Source: an uncultured Chloroflexota bacterium (GTDB lineage: Bacteria > Chloroflexota > Anaerolineae > Promineifilales > Promineifilaceae). Taken from it: a DNA stretch of 64,000 nucleotides. Location of the stretch: contig CAADGU010000415.1 in assembly GCA_900696625.1 (NCBI GenBank), positions 3,875 to 67,874 on the forward strand. The letters are read 5' to 3'. The notes under the pieces are model-generated. The model saw nothing but the letters and a program-made list of their open reading frames with translations. It searched no databases and had not been told where the DNA came from. A program made the position numbers and the translations under genes. Positions 34,478-44,689 of the stretch are shown here, one piece after another; position 1 is the first letter of the stretch; every line of letters begins with the position of its first letter.

Positions 34478-34752
34478 AGCCGCCGCTGCCCTGGGCCTGG
34501 CACATGGCCCAGTGGTGTTACGACCCGACAGCCAGCGCCCTCACCGGCCGTATCCAACTCCGCCTGCCCTATCCGCAGCCGAACTGGCGGGAGGAGCGGG
34601 TCTGGAATGCGTTTTTACTGCACGCCATGCACCATACACTGACGGCCGAGGCCGTCTTTAGCCGGCCGCCGGACCAATGGAGCACGGCCGACAAGCAGTT
34701 TGTCAAGGACATGATTCGGGGATTGGGCAGCCACCATGACGACGAGATATGA
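34414..34752 (+). CDS. gpT-like extension reached by -1 programmed frameshift (a GT fusion would be 34076-34420 joined to 34420-34752)
   Basis: The -1 frame is open from before 34414 through 34752 and overlaps the tape-measure start. Frame arithmetic: 34076 mod 3 = 2 and 34432 mod 3 = 1. Confidence 0.55.
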   Translation, partial: PKLARLVEQHCDWRSGGRNGVEPPLPWAWHMAQWCYDPTASALTGRIQLRLPYPQPNWREERVWNAFLLHAMHHTLTAEAVFSRPPDQWSTADKQFVKDMIRGLGSHHDDEI

Positions 34753-37396
34753 CCTGGAAATCCTCATCCGCACCAAAAAAGAGGGAGATGGCATCCCCAA
34801 GGTGGAGAATGAGGTCAAGGGCCTGGGCGACACCCTGGGCAAGCTGGCGAAATTCGGCCTGGTGGCCGGCGCCGGTAAATTCCTGCTAGACATCGGCCGG
34901 GACGCCATCACGACTGCATCTGACATCCAGGAGATGCAGTCTATGTTTGACCAGGTCTTTGGCCCTCATGCCGGCAGTGTCACCAACCAACTGAAAGAAT
35001 TTGGCGATACGGCCAATCGCTCGATTTACGACCTGCAGGGGTTTGCGGCCGGATTTCAGGATACATTTGTGCCTCTGGGGTTCGCCCGCGAGCGGGCGGC
35101 CGAGCTATCAGTCGAACTCACCAAACTGACCGAAGACCTGGCCAGCTTCAAAAACATAGACGCAGGCGAAGCGGCCGAAAAGCTCAGCAGTGGGTTGGTG
35201 GGCAACCACGAGGCGCTGCGGTCATTTGGCATCGTCATCACGGAGACGGTGCTGAAGGCGGAGCTGGCCGCCAATGGGTGGGACAAGCTCTCCGGAGCAG
35301 CGCTGGAACAGGCAAAGGTGCAGGCCAGGCTGAACATTATCATGCGCTCCACCACGGACGCGCAGGGAGACGCCATCCGCACGGCCGACAGCTACGCCAA
35401 CCAGGTGCGCGGCCTGGAGGCAGCCCAAAAAGAACTGTATGCCACGATAGGCACGCTGCTGCTGCCGGTGGCTACGGATGTGGTTTCGGTCATGGCCGAG
35501 GGGGCGCGGGTAATCGCCAATGACATGACGCCCTCGGTGCAGGCGCTGACCGGCGAATATGGCACGGCCGTTGAGCAGATGATCCAGTCCAACCTGGAAC
35601 TGGCCACATCACAAGAGGAAGTGGTTGCGCAGACGCTGAAGATGGCGAATTCGCTAGAGATAGCCAGTCACGGTTGGGGATTGCTCACCGGCACGGCCGA
35701 TGACATCGAGGCCTCATTGCAGCAGGTTGTGGCTGGCTTTGTAGACACATCCAGGGCCGGGAACACCGTGGCCAGCCAGAACCGGGCCGTCTTTGAATCG
35801 CTGCAAGCAGTCTATGGCGAAGCGGTCACAATGGAGCGAGGTTACATCAAGCTGAATGGTGTAACAGTTGACTATGCTGGCAATCTGTTCGACCTTGCGC
35901 TGCAACTGCAACTTGAAGCTGATGCAGCCGAAGCTGCCAGCTTTGACAATCATCAAATGAACCGGACGATGGAGCAGTCGGCCGAAGCAGCCAAACAAGC
36001 CGTAGCGGCCATACGGCCGTACCACCAGGCGATGGCCGAAGCCCGCGGGCCGAACGAAGACCTGGCGGACAAACAAGCCCAACTGGCCAACCGCATCACC
36101 GAAACAGAAGCGGCTATCCGCGCCGCTAATGCCGCCAACCAGGCGTTCGTGGAGGGATTGCGCGCACAGGAGGAAGCGGCGATAGCCGCCAACGCTGCCC
36201 TGGTGGGCGCCTTCCAGCACAAGGACACGGCCGATGCCATTCAATCGCTGCTGGCGGGCCAGGACGCGCTGGCCGCCTCTCAAGGTGAATGGGTGACGGC
36301 CGTGCGTGACAGCAGCGGCCAGGTAGCGGACATCAACAGCCAACTGGCGGCCGACCTCTCCAGCGAGCAAAAACGGGCGTATGAGGACATCCTGAACACA
36401 GTGGCCGAGGGGTCGGCCGAGTGGCTGGCCGCGTACCAGGCATTGCAGGGCGACCTGACCGACAGCCAGCGGGCGGAACTGGTGGCGCAGCGGGCGGAGT
36501 TGGAAGCGGCCGGGGAGCAGATTGTCAACGTCTACACCGGGGACGCGGCTGCGGCCAAAGAAGCCCAGGAGCAAATCGAGGCCGCCAACGCCGCCCTAAT
36601 TGAATCGTATCGCAACCTGGCTGTGGAGGGGTCGCTGGCCCTGGCCGAATTGTCACCTGACCCGACGGCCGTACAACGCACCTTAGATTACGCGGTGGCC
36701 ATTGGCGCCATGACCCAGGCGGAGGCAGATATGCGCCTGGAAGCCGCCAACACCCGTCTGGCAATCGAAGACCTGAATGCGATGGTGGTGCAAAACGGCC
36801 TGGACGCGGCCATCGCCGGCGAGGCATTCCGGCTGTTGACAGAGGGGGAGGCGCGCACGGCCGAGGAGGCTGTGGTGGCGGCCGAGCAGCTGGTGAAAAT
36901 GAATGAGGAACTGGACCGTATTCCTGGCAGCTATGAGGCGGAGATTGCGGCTGATACCGATGACGCTATGGCCAAGCTGGATTCGGCCAAGAATGCACTC
37001 GACGAGATCAACGGCCGTACTGTCCGCGCCTACGTGGAAATCGAGGAGCGCATTCAATCAAGCCAACAAGACCAATCCGTTGTCGGCAGCGGCGGAAATG
37101 GCGGCGGCGGCCGGGCAGGGGGCGGGCCGGTATCGGCCGGGCGGACTTACCGCGTGGGTGAGGGCAACCGGCCGGAGTTGCTGTCTACGGACAATGGCCT
37201 CTTCATGATCCCCGGCGACAACGGCCGTGTCTTCAGCAACCAGGAGTCGCAGTCATTGCTCGGCAACAACGCGGCCGGACCGACAAATTTATCTATCACT
37301 GTCAATGTAGAGACCGTTGGTGACCCAGATCGGGTCGGCAACCTGGTGGCGCGCGGCGTCATGGATGCGGCGCGGCAATTGGGATTGGCAACATGA
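34736..37396 (+). CDS. tail tape measure protein
   Basis: 886 aa, Ala/Glu/Gln-rich and largely helical, in the canonical position after G/GT. Confidence 0.85.
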   Translation: MTTRYDLEILIRTKKEGDGIPKVENEVKGLGDTLGKLAKFGLVAGAGKFLLDIGRDAITTASDIQEMQSMFDQVFGPHAGSVTNQLKEFGDTANRSIYDLQGFAAGFQDTFVPLGFARERAAELSVELTKLTEDLASFKNIDAGEAAEKLSSGLVGNHEALRSFGIVITETVLKAELAANGWDKLSGAALEQAKVQARLNIIMRSTTDAQGDAIRTADSYANQVRGLEAAQKELYATIGTLLLPVATDVVSVMAEGARVIANDMTPSVQALTGEYGTAVEQMIQSNLELATSQEEVVAQTLKMANSLEIASHGWGLLTGTADDIEASLQQVVAGFVDTSRAGNTVASQNRAVFESLQAVYGEAVTMERGYIKLNGVTVDYAGNLFDLALQLQLEADAAEAASFDNHQMNRTMEQSAEAAKQAVAAIRPYHQAMAEARGPNEDLADKQAQLANRITETEAAIRAANAANQAFVEGLRAQEEAAIAANAALVGAFQHKDTADAIQSLLAGQDALAASQGEWVTAVRDSSGQVADINSQLAADLSSEQKRAYEDILNTVAEGSAEWLAAYQALQGDLTDSQRAELVAQRAELEAAGEQIVNVYTGDAAAAKEAQEQIEAANAALIESYRNLAVEGSLALAELSPDPTAVQRTLDYAVAIGAMTQAEADMRLEAANTRLAIEDLNAMVVQNGLDAAIAGEAFRLLTEGEARTAEEAVVAAEQLVKMNEELDRIPGSYEAEIAADTDDAMAKLDSAKNALDEINGRTVRAYVEIEERIQSSQQDQSVVGSGGNGGGGRAGGGPVSAGRTYRVGEGNRPELLSTDNGLFMIPGDNGRVFSNQESQSLLGNNAAGPTNLSITVNVETVGDPDRVGNLVARGVMDAARQLGLAT

Positions 37397-37818
37397 GCAG
37401 CATTATCTATCCCTCTTCTTTTGCCAGTTCCCCTGCCCTGACGTTGCACAATGGCACCACGCATAAGGCAGCGGCTATTGTGCCCCGTTCGGCCGTGGCC
37501 CAACTGGATTACATCGTGCTGCCCAATAAGGTGCTCTACGACCCTAACGGCAGCGGCCAGGCAGCACGGCTGCCCGACGTGGTTGTGGCGCGGGTGGTGG
37601 TGCAACTTACTACTAAAGCGGCCGTTGTCGCCGAATTTGAGGCGATGTGTAATCAGGTGGGGGTGAAAGCCACCCTCACGGCGACAAAGATAAGCGGAGG
37701 CACAGTCACCTGCGCCGCCCGGCTGGAGCAGGTGGAAAACGTGTCGCCATTTTTGTTGGAGATAGACCGGCAAATGGAAGTGCAATTAACCTTCCGGCCG
37801 CTAACCAATTGGGCGTAG
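37393..37818 (+). CDS. tail component (possible distal tail protein)
   Basis: 141 aa. ATGA overlap with the tape-measure stop. Confidence 0.45.
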   Translation: MSSIIYPSSFASSPALTLHNGTTHKAAAIVPRSAVAQLDYIVLPNKVLYDPNGSGQAARLPDVVVARVVVQLTTKAAVVAEFEAMCNQVGVKATLTATKISGGTVTCAARLEQVENVSPFLLEIDRQMEVQLTFRPLTNWA

Positions 37819-37827
37819 GGGCTTAAA

Positions 37828-40800
37828 ATGAGCATATTCAATGGCATTTCCGTAGACATCTACGACCAAAACCTGATGCTCGTTGGAGCAGTGGAAAACG
37901 TGCTATCGGCTGCGGCCACACGGCCGTTAGACAAAATCGGCAGCGGCAGCTACACCATACCAATACCAACACCCGGGGCCGGATATTCAAGCCGTGACCT
38001 CATTGCGCACATGTACACCTACAACACACTGCTGGCGGCCAACCAGACAATTGGGGTTTTCCTGATTAAGTCCATTGTGCGGCGCGACCCGCCCAACGGC
38101 GGCCAGGCGGTTTTTGACATCAGTGGCCCCGACTTGCTGCACGAATTGACCTATCGCAGCATCGGCCAGAACGTCATTGCTACCAGTGTCTACACCAATC
38201 TGGCGGCCACGGCCACCGGGCGGCAGACCACGCTCACCGTGCAGGCCAACGCAGGAAATACCACGATCACCATTGACGATACATTCGGGTGGGCGACGGG
38301 CAACCTGGTGGATGTAAAACTCAACAGCGGCAGTTGGCACACGGCCACAATCACCAGCGTGGCCGGTAACGTCATCGGTCTGTCGGCAGCTATCCCGGTC
38401 GGCGGTACGGCCGACATAGGCAACATAGTCCGTACTCGCATTTTGAAATTGAGCGTAGACGACACCACCGGATTCACAGACGGGGCGGTGGTCACAGTTG
38501 GGCTGTATCCGGCCAGCATATCACATACGACCACCATTACTAATATCAGCGGTAACAGCATCACGCTGGCGGACGCTATCCCAGAGGCACGGACGGCCAG
38601 CATCGGCAACCCGGTGTCCCACCCCGGCGCTATCACGGTGCTGACCAGCCCGGCCGAGGCAGGCAATACTACCATCAGTGTGGCTGACGTGGCCGGGGCC
38701 AGCATCAGCGACCCGATTACTGTCCGGTTGGACCCGCCGCCCCTGACCCACAGCGCGGTCATTGTCGGCACACCGTCCGGCGGCATTATCACCATGTCAG
38801 CGCCACTGCCCTGGGGCCTGGCGGCACCCTACCAGTACGTGGTGCGCAGCAAAAGGCCGGCCGATAACGACATCGAGCAGATCATGAACTATGCACCGTC
38901 CACGTGGACGAATCCGGGCGGAGGCACACCAAACGGCTCGTACATCGTCGGCGCAGGAGAGACGGTCTACCAGGCGCTTGAGCAGGCGCGACAGCAGGGG
39001 GGCGGACATTTCCGCATCGCCTACACAGGCGGTATTGCGCGGCAGCTGCAATGGCGCACGACGCCGGATTCCAGCGGGATCGAGTTGACCTTGCCCGCAT
39101 CGGCCACCCACGCCGACATGACCAACACCAACAAGGGGGTTATCCTGAGCCTGGAGCAAGACTTTTCGGAGGGGCAGAAGGAGCCGCTTACCAGAATTTA
39201 CGCCCGCAACGCCAATAATGAGACGTTCACGGCCGCCGAAGGTCTTGTCACGCCCGCCGGTGGGGTTACGGTAAACTGGGCGGCAGGGCTGATCACCAAC
39301 ACCACCGCCGAGGCCGGCGGGGCAACTCGCATAGAGCGGCATATACGCTATGACAACATACGACCGGAGGATGAGACCGAGACAGCAACACTGCAAGCAG
39401 CTATCTCGCTCTACAAGACGGCCGAGGCGCAATTGCTGGCCGCCCAGACATTGCCGAAGTTTTTTAATATCGTCTGTATAACCCACAGCGCGGTGGGCAT
39501 CAAACCCTACAACACGGTGTTGGTGAATTACAACGGGAACGGCGTCGTCCTAAACAATATCACGCTGACGGTGCTAGAGGTGCGATACCAGATGGGCCAG
39601 GATGGGGTGTTGTACACACACCTCACCGCCACCGACCTGGCCGACGCGGATACGCAACCTCTGGCCGATCCTGACTACCTGGCCAAGACGATCCAGAAGC
39701 ACGATACAGCTTTGCGCCACCTGTCCAGCGGCAGCAGCAGCAGCAGCGGGGGAACAGGCGGGACTGTGCAGCAGCACCATGATTTATTGGGGCTCGAGGA
39801 TGACGATCATCCGCTGTACTTGCGGGAGGATGGGACACGGCCGTTAAGCGGCAATCTGGCCGTCAATAGTGGCATCACCATTGACGGTGTGGACATCTCG
39901 GCCCACGCAGCGAATCCGGCCGCGCACCACGCGCCGGTGACGGCCGGGGATGGTATCGCCGTCAGTGGGCAGCAGGTGGCCGTTGACCTGGCGTCACCGT
40001 CCGGGCTGGAATTCAGCGGCGGCGATCTGCGCCTGGCTGACAGCGTGGCCGGGAATGGGCTGAGCATCGCCAGCAAAATCATGGCTATCAATCTGGCATC
40101 CCCGTCCGGGTTGGAGATTGCCAGCGACGCGCTGCGCATCAATGACACAGTGGCCGGGGCGGGGCTGACCATCAGTAGTAAAATTTTGGCGGTGGGGGCA
40201 GGTAACGGCATCACCGTCAACGCGGACGACGTGGCGCTGACGACACCGGGCACGTTGTCGGTGTCATCAACCAACAACCCGGCCGGCAACCACACCCACG
40301 CCGTGACTGCCTCAGATAATCCCGGTGCGGCTACACAACTACTGAAATCCAGCGCGGCGGGCCATTTGCAATTGATCCGGTTGGGGTTGCAGGTTGCACC
40401 GGCCGTGCCGCTGCACGTGGCCGGGGCGACGGAGCAATTACGGATTGAGTACGATGGCAGCAACTACGCCTCTTTTACTGAGCAGGCCAGTGGCACATTG
40501 CAGATAGTGACGCAGAATAATATCAATCTCTATCCGGGTGGGGATATTGTCTTTAATCCGGGGGGCAAAGACTTGTTACCACTCAATAACTACGATCTCA
40601 ATATCGGCCTTATCAACAAAAAATACTTGACGTTACATGCTGCGGAGTTGTGGGTAGAAACGCTGGTGGCCCAAAATACCATCGCCACTATTGGCGGCCG
40701 TATCCTGGTCGGCCCTACTACGCAGTTTACCAGAGATGCCTCTAATGCACAGACATACCTGTTCTTGAAGCATAATCAGCCCCATATCGGCGATGTAATG

Positions 40801-42303
40801 TATGCAGAAGCGGCCGGATTTGTCGAGTTTTTCCGGGTTCAAGGAGAACTATTAGTAGGTGTTACTGCTGGCACCGAAGGCCAATTCCACTTACAGGGGG
40901 ATTGGGTGGCATTTTTTATCCCTGGACAAACTTTACGTATCGAGGATGACAAGCAAGGGTATAACGGAACATACACCATTGTTTCTGTGGGATATGATTC
41001 AGGAGACGACGAAACAGATATTAAGGTTACAGCCACCCTTCCAGCCGGAACACCCGATGGATACATTACCGTAGCACAGCAAACAGCAACGGAATTTTGT
41101 TATCTGGTTGTTACCAGGAATTTGGATGGATCAGGAGCGAACACCTGGTACGCTGGCGACGCCCTATTCAACACTGGCGTTGTTGATGACGGATTCATTG
41201 ACCTCTACTCCCTAAATGGCGTGAGTTCCGGAGCAGGCCCCACAATCGTCGGCAATGTGCGGACAGGCACAACGTACAACCAGTGGGTTGAGCATTGGGC
41301 TATCGGTAACCTTAACGGCATCTATGGTTACGGCTCGGATACCTACGGGGCGGCAGTGGGGAAATACTCGACCACCACCAGTTACTTGACGGCCGATGCA
41401 ACTGCTGGGATTCGCATGATGCGCGGCAGCACGCAGCTGGCGCGGTGGTTTGCTAATGGCGACATTTTGATCGGGCAGCAGGCGGCCAGCCAGAACAATG
41501 TGCTCATTTCCAGCGGTGTTTTATCGGTGCGCAACAACACCACCGAGCGGATCGGCATGACGGCCGCCGGGATACTGACCATCAAGGACAGCAGCGGAAA
41601 CGCAGTGTTTACGTTTAATTCGTCGTCAGGCGCGGAATTCACTCTGCCCCTCACACTGGCATCTGGCGGAGGTATCTATCAAGGGACAGGTACATTTGCA
41701 TCCCCAACTACAGGATTGAAACTGTGGAATGATTCAGGGATTGGCAGAATGGCCGGGTACAACTCTGGCACATTGCAGGTTGGCTTCGGAACTGACGGCC
41801 GTCTTACTGCTGGAGCCGGAAACATCAGGTTATCCGCAATTGGCGTTGAGCTAATCGCCAATACATCCTACGGCTTTGATACCACGAGAGGCATTTCATT
41901 CGTCCAATCACTCGGCTCCACTGTTTATGGTGGGTTATTCACGGTACGCGACACAAGTGCCAATATCACCAGTGCTCGACTGTTAGCCTTGAGCCCAAAC
42001 GGCTCAAACACTAACGAACTGTTTGTTTCGGCCGATAACAGCAATAACTTGCGCGTACAAAGTTCTCATTCAACCGCTGTTTTTGGCAACATCTTGCTCG
42101 GTGAACGTGGTAGCTCCTATATCAATTCTGTGGATTTGGGTGTGTCGTTAACTCCTACTACCACACCCTCACTAGGCTGCAATATCTATGTGAAATCAAG
42201 TAAATTGATTGTTCGGATGGTGGATGGCCTAACCGTCCGCTATAAATATCTCGACCTTACAGGCACAGGTGTGACATGGGTACACACCACCACCGCGCCG
42301 TAA
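37828..42303 (+). CDS. large tail fibre / host-specificity protein
   Basis: 1491 aa. Poly-Ser/Gly hinge, then 'HHDLLGLEDDDHPLYL', a motif common in phage fibre proteins. Internal 'LASPSGLE..' repeats. Compositionally distinct C-terminal third. Confidence 0.8.
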   Translation: MSIFNGISVDIYDQNLMLVGAVENVLSAAATRPLDKIGSGSYTIPIPTPGAGYSSRDLIAHMYTYNTLLAANQTIGVFLIKSIVRRDPPNGGQAVFDISGPDLLHELTYRSIGQNVIATSVYTNLAATATGRQTTLTVQANAGNTTITIDDTFGWATGNLVDVKLNSGSWHTATITSVAGNVIGLSAAIPVGGTADIGNIVRTRILKLSVDDTTGFTDGAVVTVGLYPASISHTTTITNISGNSITLADAIPEARTASIGNPVSHPGAITVLTSPAEAGNTTISVADVAGASISDPITVRLDPPPLTHSAVIVGTPSGGIITMSAPLPWGLAAPYQYVVRSKRPADNDIEQIMNYAPSTWTNPGGGTPNGSYIVGAGETVYQALEQARQQGGGHFRIAYTGGIARQLQWRTTPDSSGIELTLPASATHADMTNTNKGVILSLEQDFSEGQKEPLTRIYARNANNETFTAAEGLVTPAGGVTVNWAAGLITNTTAEAGGATRIERHIRYDNIRPEDETETATLQAAISLYKTAEAQLLAAQTLPKFFNIVCITHSAVGIKPYNTVLVNYNGNGVVLNNITLTVLEVRYQMGQDGVLYTHLTATDLADADTQPLADPDYLAKTIQKHDTALRHLSSGSSSSSGGTGGTVQQHHDLLGLEDDDHPLYLREDGTRPLSGNLAVNSGITIDGVDISAHAANPAAHHAPVTAGDGIAVSGQQVAVDLASPSGLEFSGGDLRLADSVAGNGLSIASKIMAINLASPSGLEIASDALRINDTVAGAGLTISSKILAVGAGNGITVNADDVALTTPGTLSVSSTNNPAGNHTHAVTASDNPGAATQLLKSSAAGHLQLIRLGLQVAPAVPLHVAGATEQLRIEYDGSNYASFTEQASGTLQIVTQNNINLYPGGDIVFNPGGKDLLPLNNYDLNIGLINKKYLTLHAAELWVETLVAQNTIATIGGRILVGPTTQFTRDASNAQTYLFLKHNQPHIGDVMYAEAAGFVEFFRVQGELLVGVTAGTEGQFHLQGDWVAFFIPGQTLRIEDDKQGYNGTYTIVSVGYDSGDDETDIKVTATLPAGTPDGYITVAQQTATEFCYLVVTRNLDGSGANTWYAGDALFNTGVVDDGFIDLYSLNGVSSGAGPTIVGNVRTGTTYNQWVEHWAIGNLNGIYGYGSDTYGAAVGKYSTTTSYLTADATAGIRMMRGSTQLARWFANGDILIGQQAASQNNVLISSGVLSVRNNTTERIGMTAAGILTIKDSSGNAVFTFNSSSGAEFTLPLTLASGGGIYQGTGTFASPTTGLKLWNDSGIGRMAGYNSGTLQVGFGTDGRLTAGAGNIRLSAIGVELIANTSYGFDTTRGISFVQSLGSTVYGGLFTVRDTSANITSARLLALSPNGSNTNELFVSADNSNNLRVQSSHSTAVFGNILLGERGSSYINSVDLGVSLTPTTTPSLGCNIYVKSSKLIVRMVDGLTVRYKYLDLTGTGVTWVHTTTAP

Positions 42304-42319
42304 TAAAGGGGAATCAATC

Positions 42320-42601
42320 ATGGCAAACCAGACACAAAAAGCAATCATTCTAGCAATGGAAACCAGCGACGCCTGTAAGCAACTACTAGACGCGCTGGAC
42401 AAACTGGCGGCGCTGGAGCAGCGGCGGGCTAAATCATTCCTCGATCTGAATGATTTTGACGCCGATTTTGAGGCATACGACCAGACTGCACACCTGACCG
42501 GCAATACACTCATCAACGTGCTGGCCAACAGCACCGCGGCCGTGCGTAGCTTCATAGCCGCCAACAACCACGAGGATAACTTCCAACTGGCGAGGAGATA
42601 A
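42320..42601 (+). CDS. hypothetical protein (possible fibre assembly factor)
   Basis: 93 aa, immediately after the fibre gene. Confidence 0.5.
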   Translation: MANQTQKAIILAMETSDACKQLLDALDKLAALEQRRAKSFLDLNDFDADFEAYDQTAHLTGNTLINVLANSTAAVRSFIAANNHEDNFQLARR

Positions 42602-42603
42602 TC

Positions 42604-42807
42604 ATGATGACAATCGAGCAATTGGAAAACGACCGCAAGGATTTACAGCGGCAGTTGGAGCAGGCCATCCGGGCTGAGGAGCAGGCGCGGCAGCAGCGAG
42701 CTATGCTGCAAGGGGCCTTGCAGTATATTGAGATTCAGATGCAGCGGTACCAGGGCGCCGGGCCGGAGATGGGCGAGGGAGCGAGGGGCGAGGGAGCAGC
42801 CGAATAG
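42604..42807 (+). CDS. hypothetical coiled-coil protein
   Basis: 67 aa. SD gaggaga upstream. Confidence 0.5.
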   Translation: MMTIEQLENDRKDLQRQLEQAIRAEEQARQQRAMLQGALQYIEIQMQRYQGAGPEMGEGARGEGAAE

Positions 42808-42809
42808 AA

Positions 42810-44228
42810 ATGGCACTGGTAATCACGCAGCGAATTAGCGCCAACACAGGTCAAACATCACAGGGCAGTTATACAACTGCCTCATTCACACCTGCGGCTA
42901 ATTCGCTGTGTTTTGTTTTCTGTATAGGACAACGAGACAACCATTCATCGGCGCGGAGCTGGACAGTCAGCGGCGGGGGATACACCTGGACCAAATTGAA
43001 TGAGTCCACCCTGTACCCCTGGGAGAACCTTGACATATACTCACTGAATGCAGTTTGCTGGTACACCGCCGTAGGCGCGTCTCCGGCAGCAATGACTGTC
43101 ACCGTTGACGCCAGCGCAAATAACGAAGTTTACAGTGTGGTCATTTTTGATGTCACCGGTCACGACGCTGCTACGCCATTTCCGCAATCCAGCGTGCACA
43201 ATGGCGCGACGTTTAACCCGGCCACCAACAGCGGCACCGGCACATTGACCTTGGGCAGTAATCCACTCAGCAGCCATATGGTGATCGGTATGTTTGGCGC
43301 AGGCGCTGATGGCGGCGGGGGCCTGGCCACACCCGCCGGATACACTGCTTTAATCAATCAGAATACATCGTACACGCAGTCGGCCGTTTTCTACCGAACC
43401 GGGACTACATCCCCGGCCATTACCTGTGACGACCTTGGCCAGGCGGTCGGGAACTGGGCTGGGATCGCCTTCGCAATCGCCGCGGCGTCTGACGCAGCTG
43501 TGGTACCGGCCGCAACCGCAACGCTCAGCCTGGTCGGGCAGACGGCCGTTATTGTGCCCGGCGGCATGGCCATTACGGCCGATCTCGCCCTCATTGGGCT
43601 GGATGGACAGACGGCCGTTATTGTGCCCGGCGGCATGGCCATTACGGCCGATCTCGCCCTCATTGGGCTGGATGGGCAGACGGCCGTTATTGTGCCCGGC
43701 GGCATGGCCATTACGGCCGATCTCGCCCTCATTGGGCTGGATGGGCAGACGGCGATTGTCGCGCCCGGCGGCGTCAATATCGAGACGGCCGCCGGCACAT
43801 TAACCATCACCGGCGAAAGCGTTCTGGTACTCTCTGGCGGCTCATTGATTCAGGCAACGCCCGGTCTGCTTAATTTAGCCGGGCAAACGGCCGTGGTTTT
43901 ACCGGGGAGCATCAGCCTGGGGCTGGCGGTCGCAGAATTGGCGTTGGCCGGGCAAACGGCCGTGGTATTGCCCGGCACTGTGAGCATCCAGGCGGCCGCA
44001 GGTGAGCTGGCGATTTCCGGGCAGACGGCCGCGCTGCTGCCCGGCGCGGTGGCAGTGGCGGTGGCGGCCGGTGTGCTGAGCGTAACCGGGCTGTCGCTGG
44101 AAAGTATTGGCGAGGCGGCGTTTGTGGCCCTGGGGCGGCCGTTTGCGGCCGAAGAGATCGCCCGCTTTTTTGCCCAGGGCGTGATGACCTTTGATAACAA
44201 GGGCATCGTGTCATTTACCGTAATCTGA
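42810..44228 (+). CDS. fibre-like structural protein with tandem 23-aa repeats
   Basis: 472 aa. N-terminal globular half, then about 10 units of the '(L)xGQTAVxxPGxxxIxxxxxxLxL' type, of which three are nearly identical at the DNA level. Confidence 0.6.
   Translation: MALVITQRISANTGQTSQGSYTTASFTPAANSLCFVFCIGQRDNHSSARSWTVSGGGYTWTKLNESTLYPWENLDIYSLNAVCWYTAVGASPAAMTVTVDASANNEVYSVVIFDVTGHDAATPFPQSSVHNGATFNPATNSGTGTLTLGSNPLSSHMVIGMFGAGADGGGGLATPAGYTALINQNTSYTQSAVFYRTGTTSPAITCDDLGQAVGNWAGIAFAIAAASDAAVVPAATATLSLVGQTAVIVPGGMAITADLALIGLDGQTAVIVPGGMAITADLALIGLDGQTAVIVPGGMAITADLALIGLDGQTAIVAPGGVNIETAAGTLTITGESVLVLSGGSLIQATPGLLNLAGQTAVVLPGSISLGLAVAELALAGQTAVVLPGTVSIQAAAGELAISGQTAALLPGAVAVAVAAGVLSVTGLSLESIGEAAFVALGRPFAAEEIARFFAQGVMTFDNKGIVSFTVI
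43539..43745. repeat. 69-bp tandem repeat x3 inside the CDS
   Basis: Copies at 43539, 43608 and 43677. Copies 2 and 3 are identical, and copy 1 differs at one base (last position). Confidence 0.9.
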
Positions 44229-44244
44229 CAAAGGGAGCTAGACC

Positions 44245-44634
44245 ATGCAGCTAACAACGGAGCAATTTTTTACAGCAATCACCATTGGTTTGGGGGTCTT
44301 ATCGGCCGTGGGTGGCGCCATCGCCTATCTCTTCAATCGGCCGGGAGAAACAGCCAACACAAACAAAACGCTGTCAGAAACGGTGCAGATGCTCTCTACC
44401 CGGCTGAGCCAATTGGAGGCGGAGCGAGAGGCAGACCACCAGCGCATCCTGAAGCTGGAGGCGGAAAATCATGCCCAACGGCAGCAGGCGCAGGTTTTTG
44501 AGCGCCTACTCTCCCTGTGCGTGATTGGCTTGCAGGCTCTATCCAACCAACTCATGCGTGCGGAGATCAACCCGGAGTGGACGCCACCAGCCGAACTTGA
44601 CCGGTGGATGACGGACTATTTGAAAAAGCACTAA
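44245..44634 (+). CDS. membrane-anchored coiled-coil protein (lysis-region; possible holin/spanin-like)
   Basis: 129 aa. One N-terminal TM segment (ITIGLGVLSAVGGAIAYLF), then a coiled coil. Confidence 0.45.
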   Translation: MQLTTEQFFTAITIGLGVLSAVGGAIAYLFNRPGETANTNKTLSETVQMLSTRLSQLEAEREADHQRILKLEAENHAQRQQAQVFERLLSLCVIGLQALSNQLMRAEINPEWTPPAELDRWMTDYLKKH

Positions 44635-44689
44635 TGGCGACACGGCCGCGCCGAGCGGCGCGGCCGTGTCACCAAACAAGGAGCCTCAC

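Noticed and set aside
34432-34752. An independent 106-aa gene starting at GTG 34432
   Set aside because: It has no SD and lies wholly in the -1 frame of the chaperone gene, downstream of an in-phase slippery heptamer. It is interpreted as the gpT-like frameshift extension.
35714-36574. 286-aa minus-strand ORF inside the tape-measure gene
   Set aside because: It is antisense to an 886-aa ORF in the canonical tape-measure position. There is no SD and the composition is Arg/Leu/Gly-rich and low in complexity.
39725-39752. The (AGC)n run in the fibre gene considered as a contingency locus
   Set aside because: A trinucleotide unit keeps the frame, so slippage only alters the length of a Ser/Gly hinge. 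There is no on/off switching potential.
42810-44228. A diversity-generating retroelement or phase-variable target, suggested by the repeats in the fibre-like gene
   Set aside because: There is no reverse transcriptase or template repeat anywhere in the window. The repeats are in-frame tandem duplications, not a VR/TR pair.
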